IMG/VR virus record: IMGVR_UViG_3300036800_000162
Location: 1 to 62,507 of that record
Reading direction: 5' to 3' (one strand)
Length of the DNA: 62,507 bases
Source: a virus
Taxonomy: Duplodnaviria > Caudoviricetes
Shown here piece by piece: positions 35,331 to 44,095 of the stretch (position 1 is the stretch's first letter; every line of letters starts with the position of its first letter). A program made the position numbers and the translations under genes. Under the pieces are notes generated by a model. The model saw only the letters and a list, made by a program, of their open reading frames with translations, made no database searches and was not told the DNA's origin.

Positions 35331-35361
35331 GCGGCCTACCTCGCAAAGAGAATTGTAACAT

Positions 35362-35406
35362 AACGCAGATTATGCGTTGACAGGGGGAACGGCTATCGGA
35401 TAGGTA
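35362..35406 (+). promoter_or_regulatory. Candidate early promoter with overlapping palindrome
   Basis: TTGACA at 35377, TAGGTA at 35401; AACGCA-GATTA-TGCGTT overlaps the -35. Confidence 0.45.
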
Positions 35407-35456
35407 CCACGTCAGGCGGGCGATGGCACGCCAGAACAGAGCAAAGGGCTTGCACC

Positions 35457-35801
35457 ATGGAAATCGATTACAACACATGCAGCATGGACGACGTTATCCG
35501 CCGCTCCATCCTGTTGCACCCGTTGCTATTCGCCAGCGCGATGCGCGACGTGTCGCGCATTCATCAGCACGCGGCCGGAACCTTATCCTACCGCGACACG
35601 GAAGCGAAGCGCATCGCGATACGCATGTGCGACGACGCATGCAACGTAGCCAACGCGATTGACGGTATCGACCATGCTGGTATTGGCACAGATCCGGCCG
35701 GATGGTCGTTCAGCGCGCGCATTATGGCGTTTTCCGCCGCAGCGCGGCTGAATTGCCTGTCGTTCGCCAACGCCCAATACATCGCAGCGCGGGAGGGTTG
35801 A
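35457..35801 (+). CDS. Hypothetical early protein
   Basis: Repeated RBS-hairpin motif upstream. Confidence 0.6.
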   Translation: MEIDYNTCSMDDVIRRSILLHPLLFASAMRDVSRIHQHAAGTLSYRDTEAKRIAIRMCDDACNVANAIDGIDHAGIGTDPAGWSFSARIMAFSAAARLNCLSFANAQYIAAREG

Positions 35802-35804
35802 ACC

Positions 35805-36215
35805 ATGGAAATCGACATCACGCGTTTTTTTCGCGAGGCTGACGCGTTCGAGTTCTCCGCCAGCGCTGCCGAACGTGGACAGAATGTCGCCCGCGAGACG
35901 TGGTTAAACGCCAAACGCGAAGCCGCCAACAACCCACTACTGACAACGGAGGAACAGCTTGACGCACTGCGCGACGACGTTCGCGGTTATGGCGCATGGT
36001 CGTGCGAGGAAATCGACGGATGGTCCACAACTGAGTGCAACGCGCTATTCGTGCAATTGGTAAGCGGCGCGATGCGCGAGTTAGAGAAGTTATGTATGCG
36101 TGACGATGGCGAGATAGATTGGCGTAGGGCCGAGCACCTATCGTCCGAGGGCCGCATCGCTGGCGTCCTCTATCGTGGCGATGATGGACGCGTGTATTAC
36201 TACCTCGGAACCTAA
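35805..36215 (+). CDS. Hypothetical early protein
   Basis: GGAGG RBS. Confidence 0.7.
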   Translation: MEIDITRFFREADAFEFSASAAERGQNVARETWLNAKREAANNPLLTTEEQLDALRDDVRGYGAWSCEEIDGWSTTECNALFVQLVSGAMRELEKLCMRDDGEIDWRRAEHLSSEGRIAGVLYRGDDGRVYYYLGT

Positions 36216-36270
36216 CCAATAGGCCAGCGACGCCACGCGCGCCGCTAGTCCCTTGGTTCGGTAATCAAGG
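36211..36270 (+). repeat. Structured intergenic element, copy 1
   Basis: CCTAACCA...CCTTGGTTCGGTAATCAAGG. Confidence 0.7.
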
Positions 36271-36316
36271 TTGGCGGGCACGGGTCTGCCAGATACACAA
36301 GCGAAAGGCTTGCACG

Positions 36317-37237
36317 ATGGCACGAGACACAACGGAACGACGCGACATCTATCAGGAGATCACTGACAAAGTGATCGCCGCAATCGAGCAAGGCGCGGGC
36401 ACGTGGGAAATGCCATGGATCGCCGCAGCGCGGGCTGGCAACGCCATGAACGCGACCACCGGGAAAGCGTATCGCGGGATCAACATTATATCCCTCGGTA
36501 TGACCGCAGCGGGTTGCGGCTACGAACGGAACCATTGGGCAAGCTATCAGCAGTGGACCACGGCGGGCGCGCAGGTGCGCAAGGGAGAGCGCGGCGCGCT
36601 GGTGGTCTATTACGGTTCGACGACTGTGCGCGACCCTAGCGCACCATCCGGTGACGATGACAGCGAGCGCACAGTGCGCTTTCTGAAACACTCGCACGTT
36701 TTCAACGTGGCGCAGGTCGATAACGCCAAACCGGCGCCCGCTGGACAGCGGCCGAACCTTGCGGAACGTATCGCCGCAGCGGAGCAATTCGCGACCGCAT
36801 CGGGCGCTACCATCCGCTACGGGTTCGACCGCGCGTTCTACCAGCCGGGATCGGACTACATCGCGATGCCTGACTTTGACCAATTCCGCGGCACCGATGG
36901 GCGCGACGCAACCGAGGCGGCCTATGGCACGCTGTTCCACGAATTGACACATTGGACGGCGGCACCATCGCGCTGCAACCGGAACCTTACCGGCCGGTTC
37001 GGCGATGAAGCCTATGCGGCGGAGGAACTGATTGCAGAGATGGGCGCGGCGTTCGTGTGCGGCGCGTTGCAGATCACGCCAGAGTTCCGGCGCGACCACG
37101 CGGCCTACATCGCCAATTGGTTGCGGGTCCTAAAGAATGACAAGCGGGCGATCTTCACGGCCGCAAGCAAGGCAAGCGATGCAGTGGACTACCTATCCAA
37201 ACTGGCAGACGCGCCCGCGCAGCAGGTCGCAGCCTAA
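36317..37237 (+). CDS. ardC: ArdC antirestriction/ssDNA-binding protein
   Basis: IYQEITDKVI..W.MPW, TGKAYRGIN, GAQVRKGE, VFNVAQ, HELTHWT, YAAEELIAE, HAAYIANWL. Confidence 0.92.
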   Translation: MARDTTERRDIYQEITDKVIAAIEQGAGTWEMPWIAAARAGNAMNATTGKAYRGINIISLGMTAAGCGYERNHWASYQQWTTAGAQVRKGERGALVVYYGSTTVRDPSAPSGDDDSERTVRFLKHSHVFNVAQVDNAKPAPAGQRPNLAERIAAAEQFATASGATIRYGFDRAFYQPGSDYIAMPDFDQFRGTDGRDATEAAYGTLFHELTHWTAAPSRCNRNLTGRFGDEAYAAEELIAEMGAAFVCGALQITPEFRRDHAAYIANWLRVLKNDKRAIFTAASKASDAVDYLSKLADAPAQQVAA

Positions 37238-37291
37238 CCAGGAGGGCGGTAGCGCGCTCGCGCGCTACCTCTCCCATGGTTCGGATCATGG
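37233..37291 (+). repeat. Structured intergenic element, copy 2
   Basis: CCTAACCA...CCATGGTTCGGATCATGG. Confidence 0.7.
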
Positions 37292-37333
37292 TGGCGCGGC
37301 GCAGTGTCGTGCCAATCGAGCGAGGGGCTTGAG

Positions 37334-37570
37334 ATGCCTATATTCAAGACGACGGTCAGCGTAACGGTTTACTTTCAAGCAAAGAACAAGACCGAGGCGC
37401 GGCGCGAGATAAACGACGCGACATTAGCGCAAATCGCGCAAGAGATCACAGATGGCTTATGGATCGGCGGGAACCACACCAGCACAGCAGTAGAACGCGT
37501 GCCGCCTGACGCAGTCGCGTTTGAGTTGCAGGCGATCGGGAACGATGGGGATTTCTTCAATCTCATCTAA
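37334..37570 (+). CDS. Hypothetical protein
   Basis: RBS-hairpin motif upstream. Confidence 0.6.
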   Translation: MPIFKTTVSVTVYFQAKNKTEARREINDATLAQIAQEITDGLWIGGNHTSTAVERVPPDAVAFELQAIGNDGDFFNLI

Positions 37571-37625
37571 CTGCACACCATTGCCGCGTGGGCACCCGGC
37601 GGAAGAGCGAAAGGCTTGGCGTGAC

Positions 37626-37787
37626 ATGGCGCAATTCTTGAACCACTACGAATGTCCGCGCTGCGGCAACGAATGGTCGGACGAATGGTCCTGCCAGGTT
37701 GACGATGATTGCCCGACGTGCGGTTGCCGCCACCGCGCCGGACCACGACGACCTGCGAGTGACGCACAATACGCGTTGACACCATGA
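37626..37787 (+). CDS. Small Zn-ribbon protein
   Basis: NHYECPRCG.EWSDEWSC..DDDCPTCG. Confidence 0.6.
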   Translation: MAQFLNHYECPRCGNEWSDEWSCQVDDDCPTCGCRHRAGPRRPASDAQYALTP

Positions 37788-37855
37788 CGCGACGCGAGTA
37801 GAACAATCACACGGGGCGGGCATGGGGCCTGCCCCAACGGAGCGGATGGCTTGAC

Positions 37856-38227
37856 ATGGGCGCACAATGGGAAACGGTTTGGGAGTTCCGCACGGCACGC
37901 TTTGCCGTCACGCTTGCCGTTGCACCGGAGGATAACGATCCGGCCGGGCATTTCGAGGACGCTGACGACGTTACGTTCGCGCGCGAGGGCGGCTGGCACT
38001 GGTTCATGGCGCGGGTGCGGGTCGCGTTCATTGATGCGGATAACCCCAAGAACTGGGCGATGACACGTGAGCGCGTTTTGGGCGAGGATTATCTAGGCGC
38101 GTGCAGCTACCACGGCTGGGCTGACTTCAAGTCGGGCGGATACTTCCGCGATATGGTCAGCGAAGCGATTACCGAGGCGCGCGGGTCGCTGGCGCGCATG
38201 TGCGCTTCCGTGAAGGCGGAGGTGTGA
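37856..38227 (+). CDS. Hypothetical protein
   Basis: DYLGACSY...YFRDMVSEAI; RBS-hairpin motif upstream. Confidence 0.65.
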   Translation: MGAQWETVWEFRTARFAVTLAVAPEDNDPAGHFEDADDVTFAREGGWHWFMARVRVAFIDADNPKNWAMTRERVLGEDYLGACSYHGWADFKSGGYFRDMVSEAITEARGSLARMCASVKAEV

Positions 38228-38232
38228 CATAC

Positions 38233-38448
38233 ATGTGCATTTACAAGGTGACGCACCCCATGCGCCGTAAGCCAATCGGCAAGATGCATATGACATTAGC
38301 ACAAGCGAAACGCGCAGCATTGCGTGCTGCCAAGCGACCCGATCTTGGTTTTGCGCACGTCGAACACTGGCGCGACGGCTGCCGCTTTACCGTGTTCTAC
38401 GACGGCACAGTTGCTGGCTGTGGCGGAATGGGTTCTAGGACCCCCTAA
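38233..38448 (+). CDS. Hypothetical protein
   Basis: GGAGG RBS; stop lies inside element copy 3. Confidence 0.5.
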   Translation: MCIYKVTHPMRRKPIGKMHMTLAQAKRAALRAAKRPDLGFAHVEHWRDGCRFTVFYDGTVAGCGGMGSRTP

Positions 38449-38502
38449 CCATGAGGCAAGGGGCGTCACACGATGCCGCTTGTCCCTTGGTTTGGACCAA
38501 GG
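38444..38502 (+). repeat. Structured intergenic element, copy 3
   Basis: CCTAACCA...CCTTGGTTTGGACCAAGG. Confidence 0.7.
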
Positions 38503-38548
38503 CGCGTGGCTCGGGCCGCGCGTAACCGAGCAACGGGAGACTTGAGTT

Positions 38549-39037
38549 ATGGGCACACGTAGCGACATCATCGTAGAGCGCACCAATGGCACATGGGCGC
38601 GCGTCTATTGCCGCTGGGATGGTTATCCCCGGCATCACGGGCCGATCCTGCGCGACCACTACAGTACGCAAACGCTGGCGGAGGCACTGGTCGCGAGCGG
38701 CGATATGTCTTCGCTCGCCGAGCGTTGCGACAAGCCGCATGGACATACATTCGACCACCCGATTGACGGCTATTGCACCTACTACGGCCGCGACTGCGGC
38801 GAGACTGGCACTGCGCCGACTGTCGGCCGAACGCTTAAATCCGTCTGGCCGAAGGATACCGCAACGGAATACACCTACGTCTTCCGCAAGGAAGGCGGGT
38901 GGTACGTCGGTGATACTAATAAAGGCGAGGCTTCGCTGATGACGATTGACGATGCGTTAGCCGGGATCAACACGCCAGAACCGCACGTTAAGGCGTTCGG
39001 CCTGAACTTCGTGATCGGCAAGCGCAAGACCACGTAA
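38549..39037 (+). CDS. Conserved phage protein (MGTRS...YC.WDGYP family)
   Basis: MGTRSDI..VYCRWDGYP..GDMSSL..YGRD.GE..EYTYVF. Confidence 0.75.
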   Translation: MGTRSDIIVERTNGTWARVYCRWDGYPRHHGPILRDHYSTQTLAEALVASGDMSSLAERCDKPHGHTFDHPIDGYCTYYGRDCGETGTAPTVGRTLKSVWPKDTATEYTYVFRKEGGWYVGDTNKGEASLMTIDDALAGINTPEPHVKAFGLNFVIGKRKTT

Positions 39038-39096
39038 CGTCACACCACCGGCCGGGCGATTGCGCCCGGCCATCACCCGAGCAACGGAGGCTTGAT

Positions 39097-39336
39097 ATGG
39101 CTACCTACACCGTAACCCGCAATCACTGGTGCGTAGTGATCGACCACGGTTTCGCCGGAAACCCATTCCGCTTCACCGCGCGCGACGCCTGCACCTGGAA
39201 CTATCCGCAAGGCGTCCTGGTGTCCGCAGCAACGGCGCGCGAAGCACGGGAAGTGCTGGCAATCGAGCCGGTCTCGCTCGATTGGACTGTCAAACCACGC
39301 GAGCGCCAGATCGTTCCGATCGCGCGGGAGGGATGA
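39097..39336 (+). CDS. Hypothetical protein
   Basis: GGAGG RBS. Confidence 0.55.
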   Translation: MATYTVTRNHWCVVIDHGFAGNPFRFTARDACTWNYPQGVLVSAATAREAREVLAIEPVSLDWTVKPRERQIVPIAREG

Positions 39337-39339
39337 ACG

Positions 39340-39672
39340 ATGGTCACCACCACACCACGCTGGCGCATGAACCACTACGCCAGCACGAGCGGCAACGTCA
39401 CGCGCCACATCGTCACCATCACCACCGCGGACCACACGCGAACGATCTGCGAGCTTGAGAACGTCTATCGCCACGCCGCGCAAGGCGACAACCACGACGC
39501 GCGCCTGACCGAGACGCTGGCGCACGGTAAGCTGATCGCGGCGGCACCCGCGCTGCTGGTGGCGCTGTGCGGGTTGGTCGATTGTGTGGCGATCGGGCGC
39601 GAGGATGATGACGATGCGTATCTAGACGCGCTCGCAGCGGCAATCAACACGCTCGCAATGACAGGGGAGTGA
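39340..39672 (+). CDS. Hypothetical protein
   Basis: LIAAAPALL motif common in phage early genes. Confidence 0.6.
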   Translation: MVTTTPRWRMNHYASTSGNVTRHIVTITTADHTRTICELENVYRHAAQGDNHDARLTETLAHGKLIAAAPALLVALCGLVDCVAIGREDDDDAYLDALAAAINTLAMTGE

Positions 39673-39673
39673 C

Positions 39674-39844
39674 ATGCTCGCAATAGCCGGCGGCATCATA
39701 CTTGCCGCGTTCCTGATCTGGCTGATACTGAGCGTCGTTTACTTTGTTATCGTGATGATCGCCCAAGCCAACCCGTTCGGCATCCTCGCCAGCATCCTCG
39801 CGGCGCTGATGACACTGGCGCTGCTCGGTTGCGTGTTCGGCTGA
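39674..39844 (+). CDS. 56-aa two-TM membrane protein (absent from the ORF track)
   Basis: MLAIAGGIILAAFLIWLILSVVYFVIV...; GGGGAG RBS. Confidence 0.55.
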   Translation: MLAIAGGIILAAFLIWLILSVVYFVIVMIAQANPFGILASILAALMTLALLGCVFG

Positions 39845-39848
39845 CCGC

Positions 39849-40079
39849 ATGACGCCAATTAGGCTACGCGAGATCCTGAACGCCTTCCGGTGGAGCTACA
39901 CCTCCGCCGCGGAGGCGCTTGGGGTGACGCGCCACACCATCCGGCGCAGCGCAACCGGCGCGCAGCGACTGCCGGATGGGCTGGCGGACGGGCTGGAACG
40001 GCTGCACACGACGTTGCAGGAAGTGAGAGATAGCAACCCGCATGGACCAATTAGTTACGCGCCCGACGATGACTGCTGA
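39849..40079 (+). CDS. HTH protein
   Basis: WSYTSAAEALGVTRHTIRR. Confidence 0.65.
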   Translation: MTPIRLREILNAFRWSYTSAAEALGVTRHTIRRSATGAQRLPDGLADGLERLHTTLQEVRDSNPHGPISYAPDDDC

Positions 40080-40314
40080 ACGCTACCGCGAGTGCGAGCG
40101 CGTGCTCGGCTGGAAACACCGCACGATGGCGAAGCGGCTGCGCATCGATACCAACGCGCCGCGGCGCTGGGCGCTGGACCTGGAACCGGTGCCGGCGGTG
40201 ATTGCTGCATGGTTGGAACAGATCACCAGCGCGATCGAGGCGAACCCCCCGCCAAGCACGCCGCGTGCCAGGGTGGCAATTAGCGCACCTTCGCCCTCTG
40301 CCTGTCAACCCTGA
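40069..40314 (+). CDS. HTH protein similar to the preceding gene
   Basis: LGWKHRTMAKRLRIDTNAPRRW..PVP. Confidence 0.6.
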   Translation: MTAERYRECERVLGWKHRTMAKRLRIDTNAPRRWALDLEPVPAVIAAWLEQITSAIEANPPPSTPRARVAISAPSPSACQP

Positions 40315-40531
40315 TCGAGCGCGGCCTGCAATTCGCGCCGGACGGTCGCGGCTAACACATCTAACACGGCCAGCCGGGCGTTCATTTCGCTTTTATGAGA
40401 AATATGATGCCGGCCGGAAAACTCTGGCCGATCGGCCGCACGCCGCACCCGCCCGCGCTCGCTATCCAGCAGCCGCGCCAGCACCGTTGCTTCGCCCTGA
40501 CCAACGATCAACACCACAAGGCGCGGTTCGG

Positions 40532-40735
40532 TCACGGCGGTTGGGCCGACTTGCTGCCACACCGCACCGATATCACCACCACAAGCGGCGGTTGATGGAG
40601 CGCCAACATCTCCTCCATCGCGTCGCGGTCGCGCACCATATCGACCAACTCGTGGTAGCGAAACTCCGCCTCATCCCACACGCGCAGCGTGCAGAACGTG
40701 GCCGAATTGCCGAGGATGTCGCTGGTGCGGCTCAT
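40532..40735 (-). CDS. Hypothetical protein
   Basis: ATGA coupling. Confidence 0.4.
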   Translation of the reverse strand: MSRTSDILGNSATFCTLRVWDEAEFRYHELVDMVRDRDAMEEMLALHQPPLVVVISVRCGSKSAQPP

Positions 40736-41376
40736 AGCGCAGCGCTGACGCGCGGTCCGGCATGCAGCACATGCCGCCGTGCGGAGGCTGCAAGGGGGTC
40801 TGAGCGGGTTTTAGAAGTCGGCTGGTCATAATGACCGTCAAGGATTTCCAAGCCGCTGGCGGCCCCTCTGAGCGCCCGCAAACGGCAACAGCGATATTGC
40901 GCAACGAACCCGTCCATCGATCCGCCCAACGCGAGCCAGAGCACCGCCTGGCGCTGCCACGGCGTCAGGCCGTCGAGCGCCTGCCTGGCGCGCTGCCAGG
41001 CGCCCACCTGGCGATCGGCCATCACGGCGCGCGCCCACGGCGCGGCGTGGATCGGGGCGGCAGCCGCAGCAGCCGGCAGCCGCGGCACGGCGGCTTCGAG
41101 GTCGCCGCGCAGTTGCTCGCAGGCCATCGCCTGGCGGATCGTCAGCGCGCCCGACGCGAGCAAGGCGAGCACCGGGTCAACCCGGCGCGCGCGGCGCACG
41201 CTGCGCCGCGGGCAGTCCGGATCGGCCACCACCTCGGCGATCACGCCCGTCATGCCGCCGAAAGTTGCCTTGTGGGCAACTCGCTTTCCGCGTCGTGGGT
41301 GCGCCATCGGGGGGTTTCCTGGACTGTGCGTGCGCGGAATTGCCACGGCGGCGAGCGGCGGCGCAAGCGCAATCAC
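40732..41376 (-). CDS. Putative late-gene regulator-like protein
   Basis: Near the end of the replication operon; helical C-terminus GLEILDGHY; start uncertain (41376 or 41307). Confidence 0.45.
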   Translation of the reverse strand: MIALAPPLAAVAIPRTHSPGNPPMAHPRRGKRVAHKATFGGMTGVIAEVVADPDCPRRSVRRARRVDPVLALLASGALTIRQAMACEQLRGDLEAAVPRLPAAAAAAPIHAAPWARAVMADRQVGAWQRARQALDGLTPWQRQAVLWLALGGSMDGFVAQYRCCRLRALRGAASGLEILDGHYDQPTSKTRSDPLAASARRHVLHAGPRVSAAL

Positions 41377-41831
41377 ACCACCTGCCAGCCGGTCTCGCCC
41401 GCCGCCTCGATCGCCGCCCACGCCTTCGGCGAGCGCTGCCGGATCAGGCTCGCGGTGTGCGCCCGGTAGTCGCGCGGCTTGCCGGCTTCGACGGCGAAAT
41501 CCACCTCGGGCTGGAAGCCGTTGGCGCGCAGTTTGCGCCAATGCGCCAGCCACACGCGATCCATCGCCGAGAGGCCGTCCGTTGCGGTGTCGGCAATCGC
41601 TGGCGGGAGGTGTTCGCCCCACCAGGCGGTTAGCGCGCCGCGCACCGTGGCGTAGTTCGGGCACCCGTGCGTCGCTTGCCGGGCGACGTGGTCGAGGCTG
41701 CCGGCGGTGAACGCCGCGTCCGGCAGATCGCCGAGCAGCGGCAGCATGGCCGCGAGCGCCGCGGCGGCTTCGGTCGGGTGCGACGGCGCGGCCAGCTTTG
41801 CCAGCATCGCGAGCCAAACGTTTCGGGTCAA
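41373..41831 (-). CDS. Replication-associated protein (loader-like position)
   Basis: TTG overlaps the initiator stop; DLPDAAFT..SL..VA..PNYA. Confidence 0.5.
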   Translation of the reverse strand: MTRNVWLAMLAKLAAPSHPTEAAAALAAMLPLLGDLPDAAFTAGSLDHVARQATHGCPNYATVRGALTAWWGEHLPPAIADTATDGLSAMDRVWLAHWRKLRANGFQPEVDFAVEAGKPRDYRAHTASLIRQRSPKAWAAIEAAGETGWQVV

Positions 41832-42775
41832 TGCAGCAGCCCTCCCAGCGGATTGTCGAGGTCGTCCGGATCGACGCCCACGGCGCGCAGCACGGCGGCG
41901 TCGGGATGCTCCGGCAGGTCGTCCAGCCAGCGCTCGCCGTTCAGCCACGTCGCTGGATGCGGAACAAATTGCTGGCGGCGGAATACGCCAGCGGCGTGCT
42001 GGCGTTCCAACGCGGCCAGGATCGCGCCGAGCGAGGTGCGCCGCAGCGCATGCGCGAACGCACGCCGCGCGTGGCCCTTGCCGACGCGGCGCGGGTAGCT
42101 CGCCCAGAACCGGTCGAACGCCGGATCGTCGTCCGGCGCTTTCGTTTGGGAGAGTGAACGTAGTGAACTCTCCCTTTTCTTTCTTTTACTGTCCCTGTCC
42201 CTGTCCCTGTCCCTTGGATGCAGTGACAGGTCTGTCACAGTCACTGTTACATCGGTTGTCGCAGAGGTTGTTACAGGCTCTGTTACAGGCTCTGTTACAG
42301 AGGTTGTGACAGACGCCATGACGCCGCCATCAGGGGAACCGCTACCGTTCAGTAGTTTGGCGCGTTTCTGTTGTTTTGCGCGGCGCGCAGCTTCAGTGCG
42401 TTCGCGTTGCGCAACCTTTCTCTGCCATACCTCCAGAACGATCTCGGCGACAACCGGGTGATAGTAGCGGCCGTCGTTACATTGTATCCAGCTACGTAGG
42501 ACAGTACTGCTTACCTTCGTCCAAATTTTTATATTACACTGCGCCGCGTCGGCGAGCAGCATTTCATCGTCCTCCAGGCTGCCTGCGGGGGCACCGTGCC
42601 AGGCGTGAGTCCAGAGGTTGATGAGGTAGAATCCGATGGCCGGATTGCGCCGTGCGTAGGCCCATGCCTTGGACTGTTTCAGCCTGGCGATGTAGAGCGG
42701 CATGAAGGCGAAATCCGTCAGATCTACCTCGGCCCGGACCAGCGGCGGCGGCCTTTGGTCGGGATGATCCGTCAT
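41828..42775 (-). CDS. Replication initiator (DUF1376 N-terminus, replisome-organiser C-terminus)
   Basis: FMPLYIARL..PAGSLEDDE..DGRYYHPVVAE; FDRFWASYPRRVGK..HPATWLNGERWLD. Confidence 0.8.
   Translation of the reverse strand: MTDHPDQRPPPLVRAEVDLTDFAFMPLYIARLKQSKAWAYARRNPAIGFYLINLWTHAWHGAPAGSLEDDEMLLADAAQCNIKIWTKVSSTVLRSWIQCNDGRYYHPVVAEIVLEVWQRKVAQRERTEAARRAKQQKRAKLLNGSGSPDGGVMASVTTSVTEPVTEPVTTSATTDVTVTVTDLSLHPRDRDRDRDSKRKKRESSLRSLSQTKAPDDDPAFDRFWASYPRRVGKGHARRAFAHALRRTSLGAILAALERQHAAGVFRRQQFVPHPATWLNGERWLDDLPEHPDAAVLRAVGVDPDDLDNPLGGLLH
42189..42312. repeat. Iteron-like repeats (probable origin) inside the initiator gene
   Basis: (CTGTCC)x4 at 42189-42212; about seven 12-bp TGTtACAG-type units at 42233-42312; adjacent T-rich tract. 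Confidence 0.7.
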
Positions 42776-43056
42776 GCCGTGCGGCTCCCGTCGTGCAGCG
42801 TCACCACCCGGCGGCGCCCAGCGCGGCCTGCCCGGTTGCCGATGGCGGCAACGAAGCCGGCGGCCAGCAACACCGCGAAGGCGTCGGCCACGTAAGCCTC
42901 GGAACGCCCGATCCGCTGGGCGATCGTGCCGCTGGTCGGCAGCGGCAGACCCTCACGGGCGCATACCTCGATGCCGCGCAGCACCCGCTCTAGCACGGCC
43001 GGCGATACGTCGTGACCGGAGCGCCCGAAGCCGGCGAACACGTTGCGCGGCTTCAC
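42772..43056 (-). CDS. Winged-HTH protein
   Basis: PLPTSGTIAQRIGRS..LLAAGFV; GTG start. Confidence 0.55.
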   Translation of the reverse strand: MKPRNVFAGFGRSGHDVSPAVLERVLRGIEVCAREGLPLPTSGTIAQRIGRSEAYVADAFAVLLAAGFVAAIGNRAGRAGRRRVVTLHDGSRTA

Positions 43057-43130
43057 TGATGTGGTTCCACATGGAGCAATGTTTGTGTATCTATCACTCG
43101 CCGTTCCTCCCCTGTCTTGTTGGACTGGCG

Positions 43131-43544
43131 CTACAGCCGGGTGATGCCGGCGCGCGGGATGCACCAGCAATCCAGACAGGCCAGCGTCGTCGCCGCGTCG
43201 CGCGCGACGCCAACCCGGCCTCCGGCGCCCAATACCGCAGCGATCACCGCGCGCTGGGATTGTGACAGCACGCCTGCCCCAGTCTTGATCTCGATGAAGC
43301 CTGCGAGTCCGCCGCACAGGACGAACAGGTCGGGAATGCCGGCGACGATGCCGCGGCCAACCCGCGCGCCTGGCGCGCCGCCGGCATAGGCCGCGTGATC
43401 GATCGCATACCAGACGACGCCGTGCCGCGAGAGCCGGCCGGGTAGCGCCAGTTCGAGCGTCAGGACATCGGCGATCTGCCGCGCCAGCGAATGCTCCGGA
43501 ACCACGGGTGCCGCTTGCCGCACCTGTTGGAGCGCGCGGCGCAT
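43131..43544 (-). CDS. VRR-NUC-like nuclease
   Basis: EHSLARQI, GIVAGIPDL, FIEIKT..GVLSQSQ. Confidence 0.8.
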   Translation of the reverse strand: MRRALQQVRQAAPVVPEHSLARQIADVLTLELALPGRLSRHGVVWYAIDHAAYAGGAPGARVGRGIVAGIPDLFVLCGGLAGFIEIKTGAGVLSQSQRAVIAAVLGAGGRVGVARDAATTLACLDCWCIPRAGITRL

Positions 43545-43548
43545 GACC

Positions 43549-43965
43549 TCACGCCGCGGCGGAACGCAGCAGCGGGGAACCGGTCTCCAGATCCTCCAGG
43601 GTCAGCGCGTAGCCGCTCTGGCGCGCGATCCGCAGCACCGCCGGCCAGTGCCGCGGGGGGATGCCGTCCGTCAGCCAGTGCGAGATGCGGGTGAAATCGA
43701 CGCCGATCTCATCGGCCAGCGCGCGTTGCGTGCCGAACGTGGCGGCGACCAGGTCGAATGCGCGCTCGGCTGGACCCGCAAGCTGCGCCTCGGTGATGCC
43801 AGCGCCAGCCCGATCGGTGGTGCGGAGGACTCGCGCCCAGAACTCCCGCGGGATGCCCTCCGTGCGCCAGCGCGCGACCGTGGCTGGCGCGCGGCGAAAT
43901 TTACGCGCCAGCGCCGCCGACCCGGATCGGGCGGCCAGGTCGCCGATGATCCGGGCGTGGTCCAT
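43549..43965 (-). CDS. Cro-like protein with tandem duplicated HTH
   Basis: Two repeats of G..ALA.......W.T(E/D)GIP...W..VLR; divergent from cI. Confidence 0.75.
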   Translation of the reverse strand: MDHARIIGDLAARSGSAALARKFRRAPATVARWRTEGIPREFWARVLRTTDRAGAGITEAQLAGPAERAFDLVAATFGTQRALADEIGVDFTRISHWLTDGIPPRHWPAVLRIARQSGYALTLEDLETGSPLLRSAAA

Positions 43966-43971
43966 GCCGCG

Positions 43972-44001
43972 AGCTTAAATTGCCATTAAGGCAATCGTCA
44001 A
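43972..44001 (-). promoter_or_regulatory. cro promoter with operator TTGCC-N5-GGCAA in the spacer
   Basis: TTGACG..TAAGCT ends 6 nt before the ATG; AATTGCCATTAAGGCAA at 43978-43994. Confidence 0.65.
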
Positions 44002-44095
44002 GCGATGTGGACTAATAGTCGGCCTTGCCAGCGTAGGCTGAACAGCCTTATATGGTTGCGGTTGCCGCAACTGGAAATAGAAGGAAATCCGCCAT

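Noticed and set aside
36211-38502. Bona fide integron
   Set aside because: No IntI-type integrase (the integrase is P4-type) and the right ends are GTTYGG, not GTTRRRY; kept only as an attC-like analogy
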